64,000 nucleotides of DNA. Origin: Eledone cirrhosa. Lineage: Eukaryota. Positions 17,645 to 31,227 of this stretch are shown here, one piece after another. The stretch spans positions 309,318,001 through 309,382,000 of the forward strand of contig OZ024742.1 of NCBI GenBank assembly GCA_964016885.1, given 5' to 3'. A model generated the notes under the pieces. The model was not told the DNA's origin, searched no databases, and saw nothing but the letters and a program-made list of their open reading frames with translations. Each line of letters begins with the position of its first letter. Position 1 is the stretch's first letter. Position numbers and translations under genes: made by a program.

Positions 17645-19256
17645 GCAACTAACAGCGCTGCGATCGAATGTGGCTTTTTAGCCCAGCCAATGATCTAAAA
17701 TGTCTTGCACAGAGTCGGCAACCAAAACATTCACTGGGAATAGTCGGCTGTGGTTGGAGTTTGTGTACTTTTGCATGTCGCTTGAGCCCTCCTGCTGATT
17801 TACATTCTCTACCACATGTTTGGCAAGCATGATGAGTAGCATCTCCAACAGCAGCCTGGTAGTCAACCACTGGTCTTACTTTATGACTGCGAAGATGACT
17901 TTCGAGTCCAGCTTTGCTTAGGCAGAGTCTCGCACAGACGCTGCATGTCAGCACCATAGGAGGACCCTCTCTGTCTGGAAGTGCAACAGCAATACCCTTC
18001 CTCACATCCCGCTTTACTTTCTCGTATGTGATTCGAGATGCCTCAAAAGCAACTTTTCCCTCATATACAGTCTTTCTCCATTTATTACGATCAGCAGCAA
18101 TATTTTCCCATGTATCAGCAGAGATGTTAGCGTCTTTCAGAGAGGCTTTCAAGGAATCCTTATACCTCTTTTTTGGTTTATGTGGCGGTCGTTTTCCTTT
18201 AACCAACTCTCCATAGAAGAGTTGTTTTGGTATTCTAGAATCCTTCATCCTGGCAAGGTGACCACTCCAACGGAGTCGTTGCTTAAGCACAAGAGCTTCT
18301 ATACTGTCACACATAGAGCTTTCCAAAATCTCGACATCACTGATGTGGTCCCTCCAGTGAACGCCATGGATCCGTCTGAGACACATCTGATGGAAATGCT
18401 CCAATTGCTTAAGGTGGTGTCGATATGTGACCCAGGTCTCGCAGGCATAAAGAAGACAAGAGAGCACACATGCCCTGTACACCTTTACCTTTGTCCTCCT
18501 GCATATGTCTCGCCGACCCCAGAGTCGCCTTTCTAGCTTTCCGAAATCATCACTTGCTTTCCTAATCCTAAGTGAGATTTCACTGTCAAGGTTGCTGTAT
18601 CGATTGACAGTGCTTCCCAGGTAGACAAACTGATCAACCACTCCAAGTCGTTTGCCATACACATAGATGTTTGGTTCAGTGTACTGCTTACCAGGGGCAG
18701 GTTGGTACATGACGATGGTTTTCTTGAGACTGACAGTCAATCCTAGGGCAGTGCAAGCATCAGAAAATGCATTCAAAATGTGCTGCATATCACTCTCTGT
18801 GTGCGCTACAAGATCGCAATCATCTGCATACTAGAGGTCTCTTATGATTGATGTAAATACTTTTGTCTTCGCAGCAAAGCGCCTGATGTTAAATATGCTG
18901 CCTGAGGTTTGATATCGGATGTAAACACTATGCTCGCAATTCCTGAATGCAATACAGAAAACCATTGCAGAGTATATGGCAAACAGGGTCGGTGCTGGAA
19001 TATCCCCCTGTTTCACTCCATTTTTTACTGAGATAGGCTCCAACATGTTACCTCCGACATTAACCCAAGCCTTCATGTCGTCATGGAAAGACCTAACTAA
19101 AGCAAGGAACTTATCAGGGCAACCAAGTTTCTGGAGAACCTTCCATAATGCATCTCTGTTAACAGTATCGAAAGCTTTTGTCAGATCGACAAAAACCTGA
19201 TACAGATCCAAGCCTTGTTCCATGCACTTCTCCTGGAGCTGTCTAGCTGAGAAGAT
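17645..19256 (-). mobile_element. 5'-truncated RTE-clade LINE (lineage 2) with C-terminal C2H2 zinc fingers
   Basis: [31 protein letters not shown], in-frame TAG just before YADD, YLGS, LLYACETW, RLRWSGHL, then three CxxC..H..H/C motifs. Confidence 0.93.
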
Positions 19257-19257
19257 G

Positions 19258-19371
<114 letters not shown>

Positions 19372-19430
19372 TATATATATATACATATACACATATATAT
19401 ATATATACACATATATATATATATACATAT

Positions 19431-19497
<67 letters not shown>

Positions 19498-19592
19498 TAT
19501 ATATACACACACACACATATATATATACACACACACACATATATATATATACACACACACACACATATATATACACACACACACACACACAC

Positions 19593-19662
<70 letters not shown>

Positions 19663-20225
19663 TGTATAAATATAGCTCTCTAAATTGGAGATGGTTTGCC
19701 ACAACAATAACACTGAATTGTGGGCCATCTCTGAATCATGTCTATTCTCTATTCTGTTTGCGTTTTCCGTAATCCTTTTATTGATTTCTTTATCTATGCA
19801 ATCCACACCTGAGGAAGTTGCCTAAGTTTTGCATCATGATCTGATGATGTAACTAGGCCACAGAAATACATATTGTAGTATTGCAACATTAAAAGAATAT
19901 TTTGTGACCAGCCTTCTGTTGTTCTTTAAATAGATATGTAACTCTGTTCCTCCACCAGTCTCGAGATATATCTATGATGGATGATTTGCATAACATCAAG
20001 TGCCTTAACTTATTACATCATGGTCTAAAAACTGCAATGGCCAGATCCACACATTAGTAAGCCACACAACATAAATGGTTTATATTATACATATATATAT
20101 AGTGTATGTGATTCAGTGAATATCTGCCGATGGTACCAATATGAGCACTCGAAGCACAGGCAGAATGTGTATATTAAGAAAAATAAAGAAGTTTTGTTTA
20201 CATGCATTTAAGTTTTTATTGTGTA

Positions 20226-20336
20226 TCGACCAGTTATGTGCGTTTCACCGAGGATTGGCTCAAAGTCACCCAAAGAAGTTATGGACCTGACTCCAGTATT
20301 GATCTGTTCTTCAGACAGGTGAATCAACAAAAAATA
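20226..20336 (-). ncRNA. Degenerate hammerhead (family E)
   Basis: ACCTGT-CTGAAGA-acagat..cggt-GAAAC gcacat-A-ACTGGT; homologous to 25497-25592; helices partly broken. Confidence 0.4.
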
Positions 20337-20537
20337 CATATATAATATCATCATCGTTTAACGTCTATCTTCCACGCTAGCATGGGTTTAGACGGGAATT
20401 GTCCCACTTGAGGCAAGATTGGTTGTCTTGCTCGTATAGGACTGTCTGGCGGGCTTTCTATGGCTGGATACCCTTCCTGACACTAATATATATATATATA
20501 TATTTAAAAGAATAGAGGTGTAACACACGAGTTGTGA

Positions 20538-20913
20538 TATATTGGTAAAAGGAAAAGAAAATGCTGACAAATTTTTCCTAGTGAAAAATAGTTTAATTAG
20601 GAATAAGTATAAGTTAGTAATAAGTATTGGTTAGTATTCAGTTTTAGTTTTAAGTTTTTACCGGTTGCGCATTTCTAATGCTTTTCAAAAATAATTTAGA
20701 TAGAGCGCTCGTGATGTTTGTTCTAAATGATTAGAGCAAACATCACGAGCGCTCTATCTCAAAATTATTTTTGAAAAGCATTAGAAATGCGCAACCGGTA
20801 AAAACTTAAAACTAAAACTGAATACTAACCAATACTTATTACTAATTTATACTTATTCCTAATTAAATTATTTTTCACTGGGAAAAATTTGTCAGCATTT
20901 TCTTTTCCTTTTA

Positions 20914-20920
<7 letters not shown>
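20538..20920. repeat. Near-perfect palindrome, ~190-bp arms, loop at ~20727-20730
   Basis: gagcgctcgtgatgtttgttctaa-atga-ttagagcaaacatcacgagcgctc, mirrored out to the AT flanks. Confidence 0.92.
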
Positions 20921-20960
<40 letters not shown>

Positions 20961-21163
20961 TTATATATACACAAATATATATATACATATACATATATAT
21001 ACATATTTATATATACACACATATACATATTTATATATACACACATATACATATTTATATATACACACATATATATATACATATTTATATATACACACAC
21101 ATATATATATATACATATATATCAATATCTATATATACACACACTTATATATCTATATATCTA

Positions 21164-21207
<44 letters not shown>

Positions 21208-21214
21208 TATATAT

Positions 21215-21245
<31 letters not shown>

Positions 21246-21262
21246 CACACACATATATATAT

Positions 21263-21293
<31 letters not shown>

Positions 21294-22506
21294 CATATAA
21301 GGACATGACAACCTCTCTCGTGTTGGTGATCTACATGATAAACGCACCCAGTACATGCTGTAAAGTGGGATTAGTTATAGAGGACTTCCATTTAATAACG
21401 TAATAAATGCTTCAATTAGGCAAATTAAGATGTGACTTGCAAGGCTCTAGTTATCTAATTTGTGTGACATTATTCTAAATTTTTAGAATTTTAATTAGCA
21501 TGTGTGTTTTTGTTGTTGTTTTTTTGTGTTTTTTTTAGTTTGAAGGCTTATACTTCTTGGATATTACATAAGGTCCTTACCAGATATGCAGAAATATATT
21601 TGAAATACAATTTTATTTATCAAGTGAGGTGTGGAATATTTGAGAGAATACCATTTTTTCTCTATTCAAAACTGCTACATCTACATTTATACTCCATATA
21701 TAAGATAATGAATAACCCCTCCACACACACAACTACATCTTCTCTTCCCTATACTATCAGTCACACTTTCCCATTCCTCATCATACTGCTAAATCACCAT
21801 ATACACCTATAACTTTGTACCTATCTCCTTTTCCCATAGAGGGCTCTTCAGTTGGAACTATGACCAATAACCTATTGCTAGTGGGGGTGCCACGAAAATG
21901 CACCTGGTACACTCCGTATGGGTGGTTGTCAACAAGAAGAGTATCCTGCCATAGAAACTATACCTAAAAGGGTTGAGGGTACCCACTTCCTCAGTTGTGT
22001 CTATGACAGAACCACTCTAGTGTTAGTAGTGCTGGATTTACCATTGTGCTTAGGTGTGCTTAAGCACAGGGCTCCTTTGGTCAGGTGATACCATCTTCCT
22101 GCCAAAAGAATGTTTTACCTCCTTCAGAGCCCAAGTAAGAGGCCTCATAACTTAACTAGCACAGAACCTCATTTGTCCTAAATACGGCACTGAGCATTAG
22201 TGATCTACATGATAAATGAACAAGCTGTAAAGTGTTTAGTGATAGGAAGGGTGTTCAACTGTAGAAAACAGGCCAAACCAAGTGTTGGGGAACCTGCCAG
22301 TTGTGTCAAAGACATGACAACCTCTCTAGAGTTGGTGCCACAATAACATGTACTTGGTAGAACATAAGCAAGGTGTGAACCCCAGCCTGTCTGGGAGGTC
22401 AGTAGCCCCACTTCAGTATAGACTTGATCTGTGAAGACCCATCCAACCACTGCTAGCAGGGAAAGTTGATGTTAAATGATGATGCTAATGATGATTATGA
22501 AATAAT

Positions 22507-22692
22507 TGTTTCTACTTTAGGCACAAGGCCAGCAATTACCCAGTGCATTACTGGTACTTTATTTTATCGACCCCGTAAGGATGAAAGGCAAAGTCAACCT
22601 CGGTGGGATTTGAACTCAGATCGTAAAGGGACGTAACTATGCTGCAAAGCATGGCGTCCGACCCTCTACCGATACTGCCAATCCACCGCCAT
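22507..22692 (-). mobile_element. SINE with 16-bp TSD
   Basis: Flanked by atgattatgaaataat (22491-22506, 22693-22708); same family as 30277-30462 and relics at ~24520-24900, 39550-39670, 45120-45280, 58190-58280. Confidence 0.8.
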
Positions 22693-25074
22693 ATGATTAT
22701 GAAATAATGGTTTATCATTTAAGCACAAGGCCAACAATTTTGGGGAGGGGGGAAAGTTGATTAAATCAACCCCAGTGGTACTTTATTTTATCAACCCCGT
22801 AAGGATGAATGGCAAAGATGATGATGAAATAATGTAGTACAAATATTTTACATCGATTTAACTCTTTTTCATTTACATTACTCTATATTTACTATTATAT
22901 ATTCATGGTAAAGGCTTTACCTCACATAATATCGAATACCTTAACATCAGTATGGGTGGCTGGTTACAGCCAGTTGAATAGAATGAGGTGAGAAAATTCT
23001 GGCCGGATATGGTCGATTTAAATGCTAAAGGGTTAGGGTATAAAAAAAGATGTTTCCTTTTACATTATCAATCATCCATAATTTTTTTAAGCCAAAAATC
23101 AATTGATAAAATTTATATAAAAGTGAATTTTGAAAATATAGTTGCTGCAATGCAGATAACTATAATAATAGTTGAATAAATCAGGTAAAGAACTGAAACT
23201 ATGTCAGAATAATAAGTTTAGAAGAATAGTACAGTGGACTCTGTCTTTATTCTTTGTATTTCATACTTTTGCAATTTGTGTGTGTATGTGTTTATGTGTG
23301 TATGTGTGTATGTGTGCAAGTGTATGTGTGTGTATGTGTATTTGTGATTGTATATATCTATGAGAAGTCTTAGTGGTTAGAATGTTCCTCTCATGAGTAC
23401 AATTCCCAGAAGTGCATTGTATCCTTGAACAAGACACTTTATTTCATGGTGCTCCAGTCCACTCAGCAGGCAAAAATGAGTTGTACTTGTAATTCAAAAG
23501 GCATCAGACCACTTGAATGTCAGGTGAGTGTGTTTATATTATTACACCAAATAGCCGCTGGCTACAAATTACCGTCTTTTTATAAGATTTAAGTTTGACG
23601 TTAGCAGTGTAAATAATATTTGCTATATAAATGTTGTTTTGTTTTTTTAATTTTTTTACAATTAATGACCATCAGATGGTTCCAAAGTTAGGTGTATTCA
23701 GAGGGTTGTGGAAGAGGATTGAAAAGGGAGAGCAATATTGACAGTATTGGCAGTCTCACCCCACTCCTCAATAATCCTAACACTATGCCTCATTCCTTCC
23801 AGGACCAACACTTTCTTAAATCCAAACACACCAGTTGGTAATCCTTTGGTAGCTGTTTTCATCATCACTATACTGCCAACCCATACCCACCTACACTAGC
23901 AGACAATACTCCTTCCATGCCTACTCATCACCCTGTCAAATCCCACTGCACTTGTCATGCACCTTTGACATCCTACTTATTTTACTTCCTCACCCCCAGC
24001 TGTCAACCTCTCTAGTGCTGGTGCCATGAAAAATGCACCCAGTATATTCTGTAAAGTGGTTGGTGATAGGAAGGGCAACCAGCCATAGAAAACATGTCAA
24101 ACAAAGAGTCAAGAGGACTCATCAGTTGTGTCAAAGTTATAATGAACTCTCTAGTGCTAGTGCCATGATAAAATGCAACTAGTATATGCTGTAGAATGCA
24201 CAAACATCTGTAAGCAGGTTGTGGCCAACCCCTCAGCCAAATGGGAGGTCAGTAGCACTGATTAAGTACTAATTTGGCTGGTGACAACCCGTCCAACTCT
24301 TGCTAGCAAGGAAAACAGAATTTAAATGATGATGATGATGATGAATGTGACTCATTATTTGACAGGTAATTTTCAGAGTATATTTTTGCCACTGTGTATA
24401 ACATAAGCTGTTCCATAGGTAAAGTAATTATTTCACAAGTGATGCTGTGCTGTCAAAATTGACAATTAGCCTGCTCTGTCAAAATTGACAGCAATACACG
24501 TATAACAAATTTTGTGAAAGGACAAAGTTGATTAAATCAACCCCAATACTTGACTGGTACAATATTTTATCAAACCTGGAAGGATGAAAGACAAAGTTGA
24601 CATTGACGAGATTTGAAATCAGAATGTAAAGAGCCAAAACAAATACTGCAATGGTATATGTTTATCCAACGCTCTACCAATTCTGGCAATCCACCATTAA
24701 TATAGGCACAAGGCAAGAAATCTTGTTGGGATAGGGGAAGTCAATTATACTGACCCAAAATACTTGATGGATATTTTATTTTATTATTCACGGAATGATA
24801 AAAGGTAAAGTTGACTCAACAGGATTTGAAACCAGGGTATGAAGGGTTGTGAAAAAATAATTTCATCCGGCTCACTATCAATTCTGCCAATCCACAACAC
24901 CCCAATGATTCACATACATATTAAAATTTATTCATATGCATGACTTATGCCAAGGAATGCTGTTTTAATCTATCTAATAATAATATATCTATTTGTTTTC
25001 AACTCTTTTATCCCTTTCATGGCCACATTTCTAATGAAATGAACTCTATTTTAATTAATTAATGAAGAATTTAG

Positions 25075-25360
25075 GTTTGATGCTGAGTGCTACATGGCTA
25101 AAATGAAAATTAGTGCAGCAAAAACTGAAACACTTATCCTCTCAATGAAGGCTGCACAGTGCACACTACATGTGAATGGAGTTCCACTGAAGCAGGTGAA
25201 GAAGTTCAAGTATCTCGGGGCCAAGTTCATGAGTGATAGAAAGCAAGGGGCTGAATTAAGTGCAAGGATTGCAGGAGCTGGTGCAGTAATGAGCCAGCTT
25301 CATCATTCGGTAATCAGAAGAAGGTGTAAAACACAAACTCGCTATCTTCAATTCGGTTTT
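25075..25360 (+). mobile_element. Degenerate RTE-type LINE RT fragment
   Basis: MKISAAKTETL..LKQVKKFKYLG; homologous fragment at 38395-38715. Confidence 0.7.
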
Positions 25361-25496
25361 TCATGCCAGATGTCCAGGATGTGAATGAAGGTGGTGAAGT
25401 TGAGTGTGGGGTGGACAGACCAGAGGAAAGAGAGAAAGGAGTTGAGCTGTTCTCGCATGAGTGATGTGGACCAATACAGTTGTCAACATGGCTGAA

Positions 25497-25592
25497 TCAC
25501 TTCATCTGATGAACAGATAGATACTGGAGTCATGTCCACCACATCCACATGGACTTTGAACCAATCATCTGTGAAATGTATGTAACTGTTGA
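25497..25592 (+). ncRNA. Degenerate hammerhead (family E)
   Basis: CTGATGA-ACAGAT..ATCTGT-GAAA-tgtatgt-A; perfect 6-bp helix II, helices I and III decayed. Confidence 0.45.
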
Positions 25593-25855
25593 AGATAAAT
25601 GCAAAACATTGTTGTGTTAAACTTAGTATATTCCCTCTGCCTTATCATAGGCTGTTCATATTGGTAATCAACAAAATACTGAACAACCTATATATGTGTG
25701 TGAAGGTAAATTATTTGTATTTAATTGACTCTGAGCTCTTCTTACTGTATTGAACTCTTCATTCCTGTTAGTCTAGTAAACGTCCATAAGTCTATTAAAT
25801 GTTTTAATAATCCTTGTCTAAACTTTCGTTATATATATATATATATATATAATTA

Positions 25856-26123
25856 TAATAATAATGAAATTATTGTGTACAGTGCTCAGGTGCACTACAA
25901 CTCATCAAAGGTGCATGTATAGTACATAGAATAATATACAAATGTCATGGAAGTGTATAGTGTATGAGTCATGATATACATGTGTGCGTGTGTATAGAGG
26001 GGTAATATTAGGTGTAGTGTTGGCGAATCTCAGGAAGGATGGAGGTTTTAAAGGATGCAGTGTCTCGACAGCTAATAACTGATGCAGGTAGTTTGTTTCA
26101 TGCTTCAGCAACTCTGAGCGTAA
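25856..26123 (-). mobile_element. CR1-type LINE 3' end fragment
   Basis: FTLRVAEA*NKLPASVISCRDTASFKT matches the CR1 C-terminal F..RV...WN.LP...V......FK motif; (ATT)n tail. Confidence 0.75.
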
Positions 26124-26146
26124 ATATATATATATATATATATATA

Positions 26147-26345
26147 ATGAAGGAAGTGTGGTAAGGAACCAGGTGGACCATAACGCACCAGAGTACTCGA
26201 TACTTTGGGTAGTAGATTGGTTAATAGGAAAAGGTTCAGGACCCCGACGGCTGAGCTCAAGCCGTTTCGACGGCTATTTCTGAGTCCAGAAATAGCCGTT
26301 GAAATGGCTTGAGCTCTGCCGTCCAGATCCTGAGCCTTTTCCTAT
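26147..26345. mobile_element. Family C fold-back pair
   Basis: Minus copy and partial plus copy joined through the hairpin GACGGCTATTTCTG-agtc-CAGAAATAGCCGTT. Confidence 0.7.
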
Positions 26346-26700
26346 ATATATATAAAATCAGTTCCTGTATGAGCAAGGCATGGTCAGCCGACCAGACACT
26401 GCCCACAACAGGACAACCCGTCTAACCCATGCTCGCATGGAAGAACGGACGTAAAATGCTGATGATGATGATATATATAAGGGATAACAAAATATTGTTA
26501 TAGGTAATCCAGTTAATCAGTGAAACAATTGTTAGACTGTAAATAAAACTCTTTTTTGTACTGTTGGCCATGTTAATCTTCACTCTCTCAATATATATAT
26601 ATATATAATGTGTGTATAGATTTTAGATACTGATGGTTCACCAGTATGAGCACTCAATACTAATATGGGGGTCCGGTTACCGATGTGGGATTCAAGAATC

Positions 26701-26746
26701 CACAAGTGTGATGAGCTGATAGATCACGAAACGCGTACCACTTGTG
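26701..26746 (+). ncRNA. Hammerhead with damaged core (family F)
   Basis: CACAAGTG-TGATGA-gctgat ag atcac-GAA-ACGCGT-A-cCACTTGTG; 8-bp helix I and ACGCGT palindrome intact, C3 of CUGAUGA missing. Confidence 0.6.
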
Positions 26747-26759
26747 AATAAACATATCG

Positions 26760-26789
<30 letters not shown>

Positions 26790-26791
<2 letters not shown>

Positions 26792-26903
26792 GTTGGAATA
26801 GAATGAAACGAAATTTCATTTCTCACTCTTAGTACGGCACTTACTTAAATGTAAGTATGTATGTATACGTACATACATATATGTATACAGACGTACAGTA
26901 GCA

Positions 26904-26949
<46 letters not shown>

Positions 26950-27211
26950 CAGGTACACATATATATATGTACGTATCAGTTTAGCGGACGTTTATTATAA
27001 CGCTCGCTTTGTCCGTTTGTAAACAAACTGACAGCCTGATTTATGCTGTACGGTGTTAAGGCAACCACGTCACCTTTTTGTTCAACATTGACACAGGAAC
27101 GATGTACTAGTTTCAAGCTTGTTAGCTATCGGACAAAGCGACAAACGGACAAAGCGAGCGTTATAATAAACGTCCGCTAAACTGATACGTACATATATAT
27201 ATGTGTACCTG

Positions 27212-27273
<62 letters not shown>

Positions 27274-27780
27274 TGCTACTGTATGTCTATATACATATAT
27301 GTATATACGTATACATACATACTTACATTTAAGTAAGTGCCGTACTAAGAGTGAGAAATGAAATTTCTTTTCATTCTATTCCAACTTATCGTTTTCGGTG
27401 CGCCTGGCCGATTGAACTCACTCGATATGCAAATTAGGCTGCTCAGCCGTTAATTTTCATAAGGAAAGTATATACTTTCGAACGTTCAACCATCTGGCAG
27501 AAGGGTATACGGTGCTGACGATAGCTAACAAGCTTGAAACTAGTACATCGTTCCTGTGTCAGTGTTGAACAAAAAAGGTGACGTGGTTGCCTTAACACCG
27601 TACAGCATAAATCAGGCTGTCAGTTTGTTTACAAACGGACAAAGCGAGCGTTATAATAAACGTCCGCTAAACTGATACGTACATATATATATGTGTACCT
27701 GTATGTATATATATATATATGCATGCTACTGTACGTCTGTATACATATATGTATGTACGTATACGTACATACTTACATTT
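26790..27780. mobile_element. Family B inverted plus tandem array (period 490 bp)
   Basis: Minus copy 26790-27131 then plus-strand tandem; acaaacggacaaagcgagcg at 27141 and 27631. Confidence 0.85.
27509..27551 (+). ncRNA. Type I hammerhead ribozyme (family B)
   Basis: ACGGTG-CTGACGA-T AGCT aaca AGCT T-GAA-ACTAGT-A-CATCGT; differs from 3730-3772 only at variable position N7. Confidence 0.85.
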
Positions 27781-28418
27781 ATATATATGGTGGATGCCCC
27801 CTCATTATCGAGTATGGCCATTGCACGATATACTATTATTAATAATTATTTATTAATTCTATCATGCAATGCCTGTGCGTGAAGATACTTTTTAAAGTGA
27901 GGAAAGACTGTGCACTGAGCCAATTCCACTCTCTGAGCGACAGTAGCTATAACTCGATAAGAAAAACATCATCGGTAACTACTGAGCCGCAGGTTTTATA
28001 TCGGAGTTATCCCAGTTTCCTGAGTTGTCTTCTCCTAGAAGAATTACCTAACAAAGGCTAGGGGTCCTTCACTCTCAGTGGTTTAACCGCGCGATCGGGT
28101 GTCCAGCCAGACTATTTCTATGTCCCTGCGCATATACATGCACATGCACCGCACCCACGTTTATACACATATACATATACACACATATGTACATGTGTAT
28201 ATACATATTTACACACTTTTGGATGACTGTTGACTCTGATGAGTTCTTCCGCCCTTTATCAGGTTTTGTTTTTTGTCCTGCAGGGTGCCCAATATCACCC
28301 TCCTCATCAAGTAAACTTGGTGGGGTTGCCGGTTTAGTCGCCGACGACCCGACCATGCGACAGGTTGTACTGGGTTACATGTTACCAGTAGCACTCAAGA
28401 GTGACCCGACATATAAAT

Positions 28419-28465
<47 letters not shown>

Positions 28466-28649
28466 TACATATATACATATATACATATATACATATATAC
28501 ATACATACATACGTACTGGGTTACATGTTACCAGTAGCACTCAAGAGTGACCCGACATATAAATATACATATATATATATATATATATATACATATATAT
28601 ATACATATATACATACATATATATATACATGTGGGTGGAGATGGTGCAG

Positions 28650-28840
28650 TAGACATGCCAACTTCTAAAAACCCGAATGAGGAGTACCATGAACAAAAAG
28701 TGCCCCAAAACGGGGAGCAATGAGGCAAAATAGGGAGATTTTACATAATGAAAGCTATACCTATTTTCACAAGAGAAGACATCTCTTACCCACCGCAAAG
28801 GGGAGATCTCCCCGTTCAACGGGGACAGTTGACAGGTCTG
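28650..28840. mobile_element. MITE with 13-bp TIRs and 6-bp TSD
   Basis: TAGACATGCCAAC..GTTGACAGGTCTG flanked by gtgcag/gtgcag; opposite-orientation copy at 33843-34019. Confidence 0.8.
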
Positions 28841-29144
28841 GTGCAGTAAAAGGTTAATTTTGTTTTCACACTAAGAACTGTAGAGCACAATATAGCGTTA
28901 TATTTATTTCGTAAATACAATTAAGCAAGTAAATGGACAATAATGAAAATAAATAATCCAAAAAAATGTGTGGGGACGCGCACATACCAATAATGAGTCA
29001 ATACAAGTTACATAACGGCTGAGACTATGCAGATATATACAGTACTAAAGAAAAAGAAAAAACGGGGAATAATAAAGAAGAAATCTATGTGGAGGGAGAC
29101 ATGCTCTCTCAACCACACACCACCATAAGGGGCGTTGGAGTCTG

Positions 29145-29426
29145 TATTCTTGGGTGTCAAATAATCGTTATTAAATTTTGCTACTCTATCTCCGGCAAAA
29201 TTTTATTTCAAGTGGTAGCATTCCTGCGACAATTAATTTTCTTTATACATGACAAAAAAAGTACTTTACAAGAAACCCCCCATACGTTATAAAATGAATA
29301 GGATGCGTTAGGGTCTCACTATGTAAAAAACTAAACGACTAAATCTGTTGTTTTTTTTAATCAACAGAAACAACCTAGAAAAATTATCGATTTACCCGCC
29401 TCCCCAATATTTGGGATCCAAGAGTA
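29145..29426. mobile_element. MITE-like element with TA-CTCT termini
   Basis: Reverse-homologous to 40164-40497; degenerate TIRs. Confidence 0.55.
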
Positions 29427-29429
29427 ATA

Positions 29430-29616
29430 ATTTGTGATGCAAATCAACACACTCGAAGAATTGCCATGTGTGATAGTAGGCTACAACGCTGAAATAACCA
29501 TGCACCCTTACGGGCATCATATGTCGGTAAGGAGAGCCGCCAACGATGACAAGAACTTCGTTGTCAGCAGACAAGCTTCCCCAAATGTCTCGAACACAAC
29601 AGGTTGAACAAAAAAA
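29430..29616 (-). pseudogene. CRE-clade (RLE-type) non-LTR retrotransposon C-terminal relic
   Basis: Across frameshifts: FFVQPVVFETFG..TKFLSSL..DARKGAWLFQRCSL/ITHGNSSSVL, matching the CRE F.P...ET.G..FL..LFQR.S..I..GN pattern. Confidence 0.65.
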
Positions 29617-30276
29617 CTATTAACAGTATGACACCATAAAAAGTTATATTTATTCTGTGAATACAACCAACCAACAAAGTAAATAGATAATAACAATTAA
29701 AAAAATAGTAGTAAAAAGGGACATGCATACTACATCGAGTACTGGTGATTCCTAATGTATGCAGCCGAAATTCCTGATGGAGTCATATGGGCGTTGTCGT
29801 GATGTACAGACTGTACGGTACAGCGTGTCGTGAGCATTTAAAACCTCCTGGGGTCCATACCTCACCAAGTCTGAACACAACCGATTTCTTTCAGAGAGGG
29901 AGGGTGAAAAAGAGACAGCAAGAAAGTGAGAAAGAGATATAGAGGAAGAATCGACAGTTATGGACTGGTATTTTTTTATCGACCTCGACAGGTTTGAACT
30001 GAAGAGGGTGCAAAAGGATAGAACAAATACAACAAAGCATTCTGTCCGACGTTCTAACGATATTACCGCACAGCACTAACATGCCCTGCTTCATAATAGA
30101 GGCGTATATTAAAGCATATACAATGTTTATGTATAATGAACATACTTAAATCTCGCTATGGTACCTTTCTAAACATTAGTGTTTCCATATTTTTATCACA
30201 CAGCTGCAACTGGGGTAGCTGTGACATGATCACTACTAAAGGCGAGACTTATGTATGTTTATTATACATAAACATA

Positions 30277-30462
30277 GGGCGGTAGATTGGCAGTATCGGT
30301 AGAGCATCGGAAAATATGCGGCATATAGGTACCACCGATATTAGCTTTCCCTTTCATCCTTACGGGGTCGAGAAAATAAAATACCAGTAACGCACTGAGG
30401 TCGATTTAATCGACTTTCCCCTTTCCCTTCAAATTGTTGGCCTTGTGCCAAATGTAGAAACA
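30277..30462 (+). mobile_element. SINE with 16-bp TSD
   Basis: TSD attatacataaacata at 30261-30276 and 30463-30478; head ggcggtagattggcagtatcggtagagc. Confidence 0.85.
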
Positions 30463-31227
30463 ATTATACATAAACATATTGTATATGCTTTCATGTATGC
30501 CTCAATACTGGTGTTTCCTTCTAAAAATAAAATGTTGATGTAACCTAAAATACGATAGTTTCGCGGGGATAGAGAGGCCGAGGTACTGGAGTAGCAAAGC
30601 ACCCTGCAAGAGCAGCATCACCTAAATAAACATCGATGACATAAAGGTGGTTGTCAGCGGTCCATCGCCCTCAAAGACCGCTGACTGAAAAAATGTAATT
30701 CACCGATAAATAACAGTATTTCAGTAATTTATTCCATTCTGCCATAGATACAGTAAATAATCATCACCTCCGCCACAGTATTTAAGATATGAGATGAAGC
30801 GAAAGAATCGCTAACAGTAACATCCTATATGAGACATTTATCTCTGGTTCAACAACAAACATGTTAAGTCCATGAGACCTCTTCTCATCGTTTCTCTACA
30901 ATTCTACTGACTCCAGAATTTAGTGGGTATTTTCTCTGGCCATGACACGTGAGTGTTTGGGGATTTCTCAAAATGTTTTAGGAGAAAACCCCTGCATTCA
31001 TCATTGTAGTCTGATCTTTTTTTCTGTTTTTCCCTAATGTATATTGTTATTGTTTATTTATTTTATTTATTATAGTCACGAAATAAATGTTTTATATTTA
31101 AGTACGATTTGATGTGGTGAGCGAAGAGACTTGCAGTCAGTCAACAATCCTTGAAGCCATCACCGCCCCCTCATCAGAGTCGCGATCTTACCACATCTAC
31201 ACCGTCGAACCCTATATATATATCGGC

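Noticed and set aside
19836-19890. CTGATGA-tgt..aca-GAAAT candidate hammerhead
   Set aside because: Helix I and III pairings are not consistent; at most a decayed relic.
28320-28410. HDV-like ribozyme in the 2745/28245 repeat
   Set aside because: A CTAA plus possible P2 is visible, but no convincing P1/P3/L3 pseudoknot could be built.
29392-29574. 60-aa ORF MSADNEVLVIVGG.. as a host exon
   Set aside because: Other frames of the same DNA match a frameshifted CRE retrotransposon C-terminus, and the ORF runs into a MITE end.
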